In this document: one piece after another, positions 1 through 11,417 of the stretch
Layout of the letters: the number at the start of each line of letters is the position of its first letter
Numbering within the stretch: position 1 is the stretch's first letter
Assembly: GCA_043732185.1 (NCBI GenBank)
Contig: JAYTHY010000129.1
Location: forward strand, 1 to 50,706
From: Fibrobacteria bacterium
Lineage (GTDB): Bacteria; Fibrobacterota; Fibrobacteria; UBA11236
Length of the DNA: 50,706 bases
Reading direction: 5' to 3'
Made by a program: the position numbers and the translations under genes
The notes under the pieces: generated by a model
What the model saw: only the letters and a program-made list of their open reading frames with translations
The model's database searches: none
What the model was told of the DNA's origin: nothing

Positions 1-91
1 CGCTACAATGCGTAAGCGAGGAATATCAATTCTGGAAGGGCTTCAACAAGCTCTCATCGGGGTAAACCCAATATCAGCAATGTCAAGCTGA

Positions 92-823
92 GTAGTTACA
101 AAAAATGAAGTAAATAAAACGCTGCCAGTCGATGAGCAGAGCAAATTCGAATATGCACTAGCTTTTAATTCTTCTGGTGGAGCAGCCCTTGACTTTAAAG
201 AAGTCTGCCAACAAATTTTTGGAAATGAGTGGCCAACTTTGGTAGTGGATCTGATTTTAGGTGTACCAGGATATTTGGCCTTAAATCTTGTGCCTCCTGA
301 AATTAAGTTCAAATTCAATGAGTTGTTAAAAAACCAGGTTGTTAAAAATATTTCAACTGTAGGCACAAACTCGAGTTCTGACCTTGATAAAATGGTTAAA
401 GATTTTGAATATGATATAGCTGACGGAAAAAAAATTACGATCGTTGCTCATTCGCAGGGAAATGTATTCGCAAACTTAGCCTATGACAGACTCAGTGCAA
501 CTAATCAAGCATATGCCGCAATCGTCCCCGTAGCTAGTCCTGAATCATTTGTAAGAAAAAGTTTTGTTGGTCACGTGCGTTTTGAAGACGCCTATCTAGC
601 GAACGGCTCCTCACGAGATTTTATTGTTAATGGCATAATAAACACGGAAGCTGCGTTGCTTGCCCCACCGACAAAACTACAACAGGGTGCCATTACCGCG
701 ACATTGACTTGGACCGCACCAACAATTATTGATCTTCATGTGTATGAACCAACGGGGGCACATTTGTCCCCAATTTTACCCTCCGGCAATGGAAAGGCCT
801 ATGGTTGGCTGGAAATTACATGA
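92..823 (+). pseudogene. Degraded alpha/beta-hydrolase (lipase-like) gene with a partial YfaP-like domain
   Basis: AHSQG nucleophile elbow and an LTW..IDLHVYEP.G motif. The frame stays open back to TGA at 89-91 with no start codon before TTG 239. The C-terminal domain ends abruptly, and the DNA is visibly AT-richer than its neighbours. Confidence 0.5.
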
Positions 824-942
824 CTCCGTTTTTCGACGTAGTTGTGAAAAGAGACAGTACTACTAAAAAAGTCACTTACGAGATCAAGTAATTTAAATGT
901 TTTTTAGGTGAAATTAAGAGGATCTGACCTAAGGTGTCTCCC

Positions 943-1764
943 TCAAGGATCCTCCGGCACTGCACGATCCAGTTTTTGAAACCCCGCTGGAACTTTCACA
1001 TAAAAAGGATCGCGCCGCCAATGCGGATTGTCCTCCACATCCTTAACCCGAATCTCGAGCAATAGTCCTGCGCGGGAATAAAGCCTTGTTCTTCGCGGCA
1101 CGGGCCGACCCCGCATTACCTTATAGTCGCCATACTCAATCCGAAAAGCAGAATCCTCTCGCACCACCCCAACCACCAAACCGTTTTTTTCCTCAAGACT
1201 CGCCGTCCATCGCTGACCACGAGCGGCATAACTCACCAAGCCACCGGCTTTTAGTTGGAAATCCCGAGTAAGCCCCAGGCCATCTCCTGAAAGCCCGCCC
1301 ACACCCCTACCGGAAAAACCAGGAAAAAAATCTCCCCACAAAAAAGCGAACACATCGTGCACGGACACTTCCCGGATCCCCAGATTCCCGAATTCAACAT
1401 GTTCCCCAGTATCCGCAGCAAAAGTCTCGCGATCAAACATCACCAAAGTCCAACTGTTTTCCACCCATAAAAAACTGGCCGCCACCATCCCCGGAAGCCC
1501 AAATAAATCCAGCTTATACCGCGCCCTAGGCCGGCAAGAAAAAACCGCCGACACCGAAGACTTTTTCCCACCTCCATATGCCGTCAATTCCATTTCCGCC
1601 CGCATCGAATCCACTCGCAGGAGTAACGGAGGCGTTTCCCCACGCAACAACGCCTCTCCCACCGAAAACCGCGGCTTCACCGCACAGCCCATTAGTAGCA
1701 GGGACAGCAATCCCATAGCCAGAACACTCTGCTTCCCCCTCAATATCCACAGACGCGAAATCAC
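943..1764 (-). CDS. Lipoprotein, DUF4292/LolB-like
   Basis: Lipobox-like LLMGC, beta-rich LolA/LolB-like pattern, located downstream of a TPR lipoprotein. Start uncertain (1815, 1764 or 1716). Confidence 0.55.
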   Translation of the reverse strand: MISRLWILRGKQSVLAMGLLSLLLMGCAVKPRFSVGEALLRGETPPLLLRVDSMRAEMELTAYGGGKKSSVSAVFSCRPRARYKLDLFGLPGMVAASFLWVENSWTLVMFDRETFAADTGEHVEFGNLGIREVSVHDVFAFLWGDFFPGFSGRGVGGLSGDGLGLTRDFQLKAGGLVSYAARGQRWTASLEEKNGLVVGVVREDSAFRIEYGDYKVMRGRPVPRRTRLYSRAGLLLEIRVKDVEDNPHWRRDPFYVKVPAGFQKLDRAVPEDP

Positions 1765-1859
1765 CCCAGGAATAGTAATCAAAATCCCCACCCCCAAATT
1801 CCCATTCCATCCCATTCCAATGATACCTCCTCCTGTCCCATTCCCCTCCCCACCAAAGA

Positions 1860-1930
1860 AGGGTTCGCAAGCGAACCCTCGCGCTCCAGCGATCCCTTCC
1901 CCTTCCTACTCTTACTCTTACTCGTACTCC
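1860..1930. repeat. REP-like hairpin plus TACTCN hexamer tandem repeat
   Basis: AGGGTTCG-CAAG-CGAACCCT at 1860-1879; tactct/tactct/tactcg/tactcc at 1907-1930. Confidence 0.7.
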
Positions 1931-1994
1931 GAAACCCTCCGCCACCCTTCTAGGCTATATGCTCCAGGTATCGAGGACAGCCAGAGTAGTGCGT

Positions 1995-2214
1995 GGGTTT
2001 GGCCCTGGGTCCGGGGCCGAGTCGGCGAAGGTCGAGGCAGAGCTGGACGGGCCCGGCTTCCAGCAGCGCACTGCGGGAGACCCCTGTTTAAAGAACTTGC
2101 TCGCGCGTTACGGAGAATCCAGACCCCAGCGAACCAACCGTCCGGCCAACTAACCCACAGCCCCGATTAGCCGAGACCGCAGCCGTCCGAGGCCCCGGGC
2201 CCAGGGCCAAACCC
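1995..2214 (+). ncRNA. Putative ~220-nt rod-like structured element (ncRNA or MITE)
   Basis: 24-bp terminal inverted repeat (1995-2018 with 2191-2214) and nested helices. Most non-Watson-Crick positions are G-U on the + strand. Confidence 0.45.
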
Positions 2215-2264
2215 CCGAAGAACCCATCCTACCTCAACCCCAGCAGCACACATCCAACAAAACT

Positions 2265-4145
2265 TCAGTTCAGCTTTCGATGCGCCATCTCATGATTCGG
2301 ATCCAGCTTAAGGATAAGCCGCCACTGCTCCGATGCCTCCTCGGCCAAACCGAGCTGCTCCAATATCAGCGCATAGTGTTCCAGGATGGTCGTATCCTGC
2401 GGGATACGGTCTAAGGCCCTCTCGATAAACTTACGCGCTTGGGGAAAATCCTTTTTCTGAAAGCAATACCAGCCCTTGGAATCCAGAAAAGCGCCGTTAT
2501 TGGGATCCATCCAAAGAGCCCGATCGATAAGGGTACCGGCATAGGCTAGATCCATATTTTCTTCAACCAGCATATAGCCTAGATAGTTGAGGATCGTGCC
2601 GTCGCTGGAATCTATCTTGATGAGCTTTTTCATCACTTCAATGGACTCGGTTTTTTTACTCAGCTGCTCCAAGGCTACTCCCAATTCAAAAAGCACCCGT
2701 CGATTTTTCCCATCAAAGGTCAACGCCTTACGAAAGCAGTCTACCCCTTTTTCGCGGTATTGTTTGGAACGTCCCAACCCTGAATCGGACACCTCAACGG
2801 TATGTACCGCTACAGAGGTGTCTATTATGGATTGCGCTCTGGTTGCATGCACAGTGTCCACGGCCTTAATCGCCTTGTGTAGTCCCTTCCGACCCACTTC
2901 CAACTTCCTTGCCACCTGGGTAAAGACGATACCCTGTATATAGCAGCCATACCAATCCTTGGCTTCACCCATTTTGGCAATCAACTCCAATGCCTTTTCT
3001 TCCTGCCCTGCTTCTATATAAGTGGCGGCCAGCTTCGCCCAATACTCCGGTACTTTGCCATCCAAATGGATTGCCGCTTTCAGCTCCGACTCTGCCAAGC
3101 CCTGCTCTTTGAGTTCCATACCAATGGAACCCAAAAAGAAATGATACACGGCGTTGTCCGGCTGCTCCTTAACGAGCTTCTGGAATATTATCTTGGCCTC
3201 CGCAAAACGGCCTTTTTCAAAAAGCAAGGATGCATACGGGAATAGGAATTCACGCTCTGCTGGATTTTTTTTAATCAGACCCTCATAGGCCAGCAATGCG
3301 GAATCCGGTTGACCAGCCAGCACCATGGCACGAGCCTTCTGCACTTCATATTGAATGTTATCGGGGTTTTCCTGGGATAGGGTGCGGGCCACTCCAAGCA
3401 TGCTCGAATACAGTTCCTGGTCTTCGAAGAAGGACGCGAGCTTTTCACCATAAAGAGTGGTGCCGGTTTTTTCCCAAGCGGATCGGTAGAGGTTGGCGAT
3501 GGCATCCACCTTACCAAGAGCCCGGAAGTTCTGGACTTGTTTTTCGACCAACCGCTCCGGAAAGTCGACCATAGGAAGCAGCTTTTCCATAATGGCCACG
3601 TGCTTGGGAATGTCTTTCAAACTTTCATAAATCGTCGCAAGTGTGTAGAGAAGATCCTTATCCTCATCGTTTAGCTTGACCGCTTTATTGTAAAAACCCA
3701 AAGCATTTTTGATGTCCCCTTTACGGAGGTACATTTCCGCTAACGCCTGGAACTCGTGGCTATCTGGCTGACCTTTATGATCCAGACAGCGCAGCCCAAT
3801 GGTAAGGGACGAATCCAGCTTGCCCGCGGACTTGAGTTTGTCGGCCAGGAGAAAGCATAAGTCCCGGCTTGTCGTATCATATTCATAGGCGATTTGATAA
3901 TAACTCAATGCCACGGCATCGTTGCCGGCCATTTCCTGTTGCCGAGCCCGTAGAAAAAACTCGTGCGCGATAAGGGTCCGCTGTTCCGTGCGGATTTCCT
4001 GATCCTTTTTCTGGCTTTTAGGCGAACCGCCGATTGAGGACCGCCGCTGGTTTGGGGCACAGGCAAAAATCAAAATGGCTGCCAAGCCCATCCACACAGT
4101 CAATGGAAAGCTTGGTAGTGCGCCTCGGTTTACAGGATAGGCCAA
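2265..4145 (-). CDS. Tetratricopeptide repeat lipoprotein
   Basis: Lipobox IFAC, many TPR-like helices, C-terminal LNYLGY...FLDSKGW motif typical of the PA4667/LbcA-like TPR family. Confidence 0.85.
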   Translation of the reverse strand: MAYPVNRGALPSFPLTVWMGLAAILIFACAPNQRRSSIGGSPKSQKKDQEIRTEQRTLIAHEFFLRARQQEMAGNDAVALSYYQIAYEYDTTSRDLCFLLADKLKSAGKLDSSLTIGLRCLDHKGQPDSHEFQALAEMYLRKGDIKNALGFYNKAVKLNDEDKDLLYTLATIYESLKDIPKHVAIMEKLLPMVDFPERLVEKQVQNFRALGKVDAIANLYRSAWEKTGTTLYGEKLASFFEDQELYSSMLGVARTLSQENPDNIQYEVQKARAMVLAGQPDSALLAYEGLIKKNPAEREFLFPYASLLFEKGRFAEAKIIFQKLVKEQPDNAVYHFFLGSIGMELKEQGLAESELKAAIHLDGKVPEYWAKLAATYIEAGQEEKALELIAKMGEAKDWYGCYIQGIVFTQVARKLEVGRKGLHKAIKAVDTVHATRAQSIIDTSVAVHTVEVSDSGLGRSKQYREKGVDCFRKALTFDGKNRRVLFELGVALEQLSKKTESIEVMKKLIKIDSSDGTILNYLGYMLVEENMDLAYAGTLIDRALWMDPNNGAFLDSKGWYCFQKKDFPQARKFIERALDRIPQDTTILEHYALILEQLGLAEEASEQWRLILKLDPNHEMAHRKLN

Positions 4146-4153
4146 GGGCGTGC

Positions 4154-4891
4154 TTATTTTGATACCACCAAGTTCACGGCTTTACCGGCATAGACCGCGC
4201 CCACCATGGGCGATTGCGCGAGAACGGTGTTGGGGAGGTTATGGGGATCCGGCTTCAATTTTATTTCTCCTACCTGGAGGCCAAGGTTATGGATTTGGTC
4301 CTTGGCCTGCGCTAAGGTGAGTCCAGTTAAATTAGGCATGCCGCTGGGAGCTTCAACATCTTGCTGGCTTATTTCTATGTCCACCACTCGACCTTTTTCT
4401 ACGGTAGCATTCGCTTTTGGATACGAGCCGATCACGGCTCCTGCAGGTATATTGGACATGCGCACTTCCCGCACCCGCCCCATTTTAAGCCCCAATTGCT
4501 GCAAGGTAATTTCCGCCTGGCGTAAGGAGAGGCCGCGTAGAACCGGGACGGTCAAGCTTTTCAATCCCTTGCTGACACGAACCCATATCCGTCGCCCTTT
4601 TTTGACTTCCGTACCTTCTTGGGGGTATTGACTCATGATTTTTCCGGCGGCAACGGCATTGCTATAATCACCTGTCGAATCCAGCATGAAAATAAGGTCT
4701 TTTGTTTTCAGTATATCTTTGGCCTTATCAGGTTGCAAGCTGACAAGGGCCGGCACATGTACTTTACCAAGAAATTTTCCGGCAAAATAAGGCATGACGA
4801 GAATATTGGTCAGGAAGTATGCCAGCACACCGATCAAGGCCCACAACAGCAGGGTAACGAATACGGGCTTTGAAAAAAAACGGGCCAGCAC
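4154..4891 (-). CDS. Membrane-anchored PASTA-domain protein (3 PASTA repeats)
   Basis: N-terminal TM helix and repeats of VP.L.G...A...L, Q.P..G..V and VS.G. Confidence 0.85.
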   Translation of the reverse strand: MLARFFSKPVFVTLLLWALIGVLAYFLTNILVMPYFAGKFLGKVHVPALVSLQPDKAKDILKTKDLIFMLDSTGDYSNAVAAGKIMSQYPQEGTEVKKGRRIWVRVSKGLKSLTVPVLRGLSLRQAEITLQQLGLKMGRVREVRMSNIPAGAVIGSYPKANATVEKGRVVDIEISQQDVEAPSGMPNLTGLTLAQAKDQIHNLGLQVGEIKLKPDPHNLPNTVLAQSPMVGAVYAGKAVNLVVSK

Positions 4892-4907
4892 TGATGGAGT
4901 GATCCTC

Positions 4908-5600
4908 TCAGGTTTTGAGTTCTTCCTCTTGAAGGATCAGGAGGTCTTTGCCGTGCAGCACAATATACCCTTTTTTCTGGAAGAAATTAAGCACCCGGGA
5001 AACGGTCTCACGTGTGGTACCGGACATTTCAGCAATGGATTGCTGGGTAGGCCTGTCGCGCACCACGATGATGTTCTTGCCTTCTTTGGTTTTAGTGCGC
5101 ACGCCTCGCTCTTCCATCAGTTGGAGCAGCGTTGCGGCCACACGGCCATATACTTTCATCAGTGCCAGAGAGGAAATCTGCCGATTCGACTTGCGCAAGC
5201 GACGTGACATTTCACCAAGCAAGGTCAAGGCGAGTTCCGGCTGCTTGCGCACATTCTCTAAAAAATCTTCGCGCCGAATCATCAGCAACCGGGATTCCTC
5301 TACGGCTCTTACGGTCGCCGAGCGGGGTTCCCCATCGAGCAAGGCCATCTCACCGAAGAAATCGCCTTCTTTCAAGGTAGCGAGAATGGCTTCCCGGCCA
5401 TCTTCCGCCGTTAGGACCACTTTGACTTCGCCTTTGGCTATGATAAAAAGGCTTTGATTGCTGTCATCCTCCTCAACGAGAATGATTTCGCCTTTGCGAA
5501 AATTTTTCTCGATCAGCAGTTTGGAAATCACCTCAAGCAGGGAGTCATCCAAGGCGGAAAAAAGATCCACACCCTTGAGCAGTTCGTCTTTTAGGCCCAT
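4908..5600 (-). CDS. Crp/Fnr family transcriptional regulator
   Basis: cNMP-binding FGEMALLDGEPRSATV, HTH TQQSIAEMSGTTRETVSR. ATG at 5600 with an AGGAG RBS. Confidence 0.92.
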   Translation of the reverse strand: MGLKDELLKGVDLFSALDDSLLEVISKLLIEKNFRKGEIILVEEDDSNQSLFIIAKGEVKVVLTAEDGREAILATLKEGDFFGEMALLDGEPRSATVRAVEESRLLMIRREDFLENVRKQPELALTLLGEMSRRLRKSNRQISSLALMKVYGRVAATLLQLMEERGVRTKTKEGKNIIVVRDRPTQQSIAEMSGTTRETVSRVLNFFQKKGYIVLHGKDLLILQEEELKT

Positions 5601-5640
5601 GGTGTCTCCTGACAAATGCGCTGGGCTGTGATAAGTGCGA

Positions 5641-6921
5641 TCACATTTCCAACTGGATGGTTTGATGCCGTTTGGGTCCCAAAGAAATCAATCCAATCGG
5701 CACGTCCAACAATTCCGCGATTCGCCCCAGATAGTTTTGCGCCGCTTGGGGCAAATCTTTCCAAGCTTTCACTTCCTTGGTCTCACGCTTCCAACCCGGC
5801 CATGTTTCATATATGGGCTTTACCTGTTCAAGGCTGGAAATCTGCGAAGGGAATTGATCCATGCGCTTGCCATTGCATTCGTAAGCCGTGCAAACTTCGA
5901 TGGAATCGAAGCCATCCAGCACGTCCATTTTGGTAATGGCTAAATGCGTGAGCCCGTTGACCATGGCCGCGCGCCGGACCAACACCGCATCAAACCAGCC
6001 GCACCGACGCTCGCGCCCCGTCGTAGCCCCGTATTCATGGCCTATGCGCCGCAGCTCCTGACCGATGGTTCCGGTGATTTCCGTAGGGAAGGGACCATTG
6101 CCCACCCGGGTGGTATACGCTTTAACTACGCCGATGACTTGGTTGATGGCCGTGGGCCCCACTCCCGAACCGATGCAAGCCGCAGCCGCTACGGTATTGG
6201 AAGAAGTGACATAAGGGTATGTTCCATGATCGACGTCGAGAACGGTTCCTTGCGCGCCTTCAAAAATAAGCCGCTTGCCTTGCTTGAGGGCTGTATTGAT
6301 AAGGGCCACGGTATCGGCGACATAGGGCTTGATTAGCCGGCCCAAGTCGCGGTATTCCAGAAATATTTTTTCCGCCGACAAGGGCTCCCCACCAAAAAGC
6401 TTTTGGATGGTTTCATTATGAGCGGTAACGGTCCGCTCCAACCTCTCGCGCAGTGAATGTTCTTCCAAGAGATCGCCAACACGGATTCCGTTGCGATTGA
6501 CTTTGTCGTAATAGGCTGGCCCAATGCCTCGGCCCGTGGTGCCAATGGCGGATTTTCCCGCAGCTTTTTCCTTAAGCTGATCGAGCACCTTGTGATAGGG
6601 CAGGACCACTTGCGCATTTTCGGCCACCCACAAACGACCGTCGATACTAAAGCCCTTTGAGCGCACCTCGTCGATTTCATGCAAGAGTTGCGCGGGATCG
6701 AGAACTACCCCGTTGCCGATGATGCATTGTTTTCCCGGATGCATGATTCCGGCCGGTATCAAATGGAAAATAAATTTCTGGTCACCGACTTCTACGGTGT
6801 GGCCGGCATTGGCGCCGCCCTGAAATCGGATTACTAAGTCCGCTTCCTCCGTAAGAAAATCCACAACCTTGGCTTTTCCTTCGTCCCCCCACTGGGCTCC
6901 AACTACAACTCGATTAGGCAT
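5641..6921 (-). CDS. purA: Adenylosuccinate synthetase
   Basis: GAQWGDEGKAK, QGGANAGHT, GTTGRGIGPAY, GATTGRERRCGWFD. Confidence 0.98.
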   Translation of the reverse strand: MPNRVVVGAQWGDEGKAKVVDFLTEEADLVIRFQGGANAGHTVEVGDQKFIFHLIPAGIMHPGKQCIIGNGVVLDPAQLLHEIDEVRSKGFSIDGRLWVAENAQVVLPYHKVLDQLKEKAAGKSAIGTTGRGIGPAYYDKVNRNGIRVGDLLEEHSLRERLERTVTAHNETIQKLFGGEPLSAEKIFLEYRDLGRLIKPYVADTVALINTALKQGKRLIFEGAQGTVLDVDHGTYPYVTSSNTVAAAACIGSGVGPTAINQVIGVVKAYTTRVGNGPFPTEITGTIGQELRRIGHEYGATTGRERRCGWFDAVLVRRAAMVNGLTHLAITKMDVLDGFDSIEVCTAYECNGKRMDQFPSQISSLEQVKPIYETWPGWKRETKEVKAWKDLPQAAQNYLGRIAELLDVPIGLISLGPKRHQTIQLEM

Positions 6922-7074
6922 TTTACTTCCTGCGCTCCGGCCCCTACCGTTGCCGGCATCAAGGATTTATTCGGGGGCCAAGGGGTGAAAGGTAAATAAC
7001 CGGATCGCACCCAGCAATGGCCAGAGTGGAGAAGAGATGAAAAGACTAAACTAAACTGGAAAAGCCCGGTATTT

Positions 7075-7581
7075 TCAGGAATCGTCTTCCTGGCCGTTGT
7101 CATGACTGTCTTCCTGGCCGTCTTCTTTGGAAAAAAGCGCGGACCAGGAGGGGTTGATGCGGGACTGGCGGACAGCCATGGTCCAATCCGCTCCCAGGAC
7201 TTTCCTGGCTATCGAGCAGCGGGAGAGCTGAAAACAAGACTCGCAGGCGCTATCGCAACCATCGATATGCGTGACGGAATAACCGGTGGCATCGAGCTCC
7301 AAAGGGGAATCCAACATTTGCAAAATCCCGGCATAGGCCATGCGGGCTGGCAACTGGTCCAAAAAGTCCACCGCTATCTGACTTTGCATCAAGTCGAATT
7401 CAATTTCATTCAGAAGCCCAATCAGCTGCATGTCGTTGAGGCTCTCGGCCTCAGGAAGCGCACGCGGATAAATCAGCTTTCGGATGGAAGTAAAGATGGC
7501 GGGCCGCAAGGAAGCACGCGTTCCCTCAGTCCAGTCCAAGGATTGGTTAGTAAGGTCTTCATCGGAATGGCGCTTTATCAT
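7075..7581 (-). CDS. Hypothetical protein with a four-Cys cluster
   Basis: 168-aa ORF with GGAG RBS; CDSACESCFQLSRC motif. Confidence 0.6.
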   Translation of the reverse strand: MIKRHSDEDLTNQSLDWTEGTRASLRPAIFTSIRKLIYPRALPEAESLNDMQLIGLLNEIEFDLMQSQIAVDFLDQLPARMAYAGILQMLDSPLELDATGYSVTHIDGCDSACESCFQLSRCSIARKVLGADWTMAVRQSRINPSWSALFSKEDGQEDSHDNGQEDDS

Positions 7582-7838
7582 ATTCTCCGGATCTGTTTAT
7601 CGTTGGCAAGAGAGATTGTATCTTGCCTGATTTTGCCTGATCCAGTTTAAAATCAAGGGCTTAGCTTGTAAAAACCCAAGCTGCTCAAAGAGACTTGAGA
7701 ACCTAGAAAACCCATAATTGTCTTGAGATCCTTTTAACCGATCCTCAAATCCAAGTCTTGCCGATCTCAAGTGCCGGTAATATCAGGTCTTGGAGCGACA
7801 CTGCGTTTTTTGTCGACGGAATTTTTCTCCTGCCAGCA

Positions 7839-9026
7839 TCAAAACTCCCAACCCGTATCGATTCCCATCACCAAACTCAAGTCCCGATTGAATTGGCCCC
7901 GGTGTTGTATCAGGCCATCGTAAAACTTGAGATCGTAGAAGACCGCGCCTAAATGCGCGCCCAGTAAAAGCCCGCTATTGTTGACTCGACTTTGCACGGC
8001 CATGCGTGACTTGCTGATCCAACCGATAGAAGGTTGATTCGACGCGCCGTTCAAAAATTCAAAGGTGAGCGATGCGGGTTTATTGTTCCCAAAACGCACT
8101 ATAGGGCCCGCCACCATGTAGCCGCCTTGAAAATGGAACGCCTCGGTGGGGATGTCGGTATTTCGTAAAGACAAATCGATGTACCCGCCTTCCACGGCGA
8201 CTCCCAGGCCCATTCCATGCCGGTCCAACCCCATCGCCAACCGTATGCCCATTAGATTGGCATTGCGATAAAGCGGTGGGCCGCCATCCGACCATTGCTT
8301 TCCCGAGTAGGAATAGCGCAGCCCGATTTCTTTGAAAATGGGATCCCCTTCCGAATTGGTGACGATCTCATAAATGGTATGCACACCATAGACGATGAAT
8401 GCTCCAACCACGACCACGCCCACCACCACATAAATAACCGCCGCCCAATCCGCCCCATCCCATTTGCCGCCCCAATTCGCGTTAGAAAAATCGAGGAAAA
8501 AATTTTGAAAATATCCATGAACGCGCTCCTTGGTGGCGCTGGCATCGGCTTCAGATTTGTTTGCCGATTCATTTGCCGTAAAAGCGCTGTCGTTTTCCGT
8601 GTACAGCAGGTTTTTCCTTAGGCGAGCGTGCGTGAGGGAGTCTTTTCTCCGAGACCGCTCTTGGTATTCCCGCAGCGCCCTGGGAGCCTGGACCGAGTCC
8701 GCGGAATCTTTGGCAGTGGAAGCAGAAGGAACAGTGGAAGCCACCGAGTCCACAGAATTGGGGGTGGATACGGCCAATGCAAGAGCGGGCCCCGTGAGCA
8801 ATTGGCCCTCGAACCCGTGCCTGGCAACAATTTGGCGGAAAGACTGCTCATTCACTTGATACAGCCGTTGACGCGGGAAGGCTTGCTGCAAGGCTTGTAC
8901 AGAAGGGCCTGGCCCAGCAGCAATAGCGAAACTTGGGGCTAAACCCAAGATCGAAGAAATAAGGGAAAGGAGAGCGAGAGCAGAATGTGCCGAGCGGACG
9001 AGGCCAGTCATAGAACTCCCAAACAA
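7839..9026 (-). CDS. Hypothetical exported protein with a probable C-terminal beta-barrel
   Basis: Signal peptide, internal hydrophobic helix, alternating beta pattern ending in GWEF. Confidence 0.6.
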   Translation of the reverse strand: MFGSSMTGLVRSAHSALALLSLISSILGLAPSFAIAAGPGPSVQALQQAFPRQRLYQVNEQSFRQIVARHGFEGQLLTGPALALAVSTPNSVDSVASTVPSASTAKDSADSVQAPRALREYQERSRRKDSLTHARLRKNLLYTENDSAFTANESANKSEADASATKERVHGYFQNFFLDFSNANWGGKWDGADWAAVIYVVVGVVVVGAFIVYGVHTIYEIVTNSEGDPIFKEIGLRYSYSGKQWSDGGPPLYRNANLMGIRLAMGLDRHGMGLGVAVEGGYIDLSLRNTDIPTEAFHFQGGYMVAGPIVRFGNNKPASLTFEFLNGASNQPSIGWISKSRMAVQSRVNNSGLLLGAHLGAVFYDLKFYDGLIQHRGQFNRDLSLVMGIDTGWEF

Positions 9027-9074
9027 GAATTGCCCTCTATTAACGCAGAGGGCCGCGCAATCCGCTACGCGAGC

Positions 9075-11039
<1,965 letters not shown>

Positions 11040-11369
11040 TCATCCCAGCTTCACATCTTTGATGAAGTCTACGCCCAAAATTTCGTTGGCTCGCTTTTTA
11101 ATGGCTTCCCGCTGATAACTGAGTTCGTGGCGCCACGTTGCGCTTTCCACCTTCACTCGTAAAATCCCATCTTTGCAACTTTCCAGTTCTGCAATGCTCG
11201 AAGCCCTTGCCCCGAGTAATACCGTCCACTTGCCTCGTAGCTTTTCCTCGAAGATCAGATGGCTCAGTCCGGCTTCCGCCATCACGCCAGCCAGAACCTG
11301 GGAAACCCCAACCAGCCGCCGGCCGGCACGATTGTTCTGTCCTTGCCATTGACCCACAAGCGGCCTCAT
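11040..11369 (-). CDS. dciA: DUF721/DciA family protein
   Basis: Lies between recF and gyrB; W..LLG, G.L.V.V.S.TW..EL motif. Confidence 0.8.
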   Translation of the reverse strand: MRPLVGQWQGQNNRAGRRLVGVSQVLAGVMAEAGLSHLIFEEKLRGKWTVLLGARASSIAELESCKDGILRVKVESATWRHELSYQREAIKKRANEILGVDFIKDVKLG

Positions 11370-11417
11370 TTCCGGAGCTTCTGGAACTAAGTGGTAGAAA
11401 GTAGAAAATCCTTGCCT

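Noticed and set aside
1820..2170. 116-aa ORF with SYSYSY
   Set aside because: Arises from the hexamer repeat and GC-rich hairpin element; not protein-like.
7604..7641. Sigma-54 promoter or operator (TGGCA...TTGT; TTGCCTGAT x2)
   Set aside because: The -24/-12 spacing is off by one and the -12 GC is absent; the direct repeat alone is insufficient.
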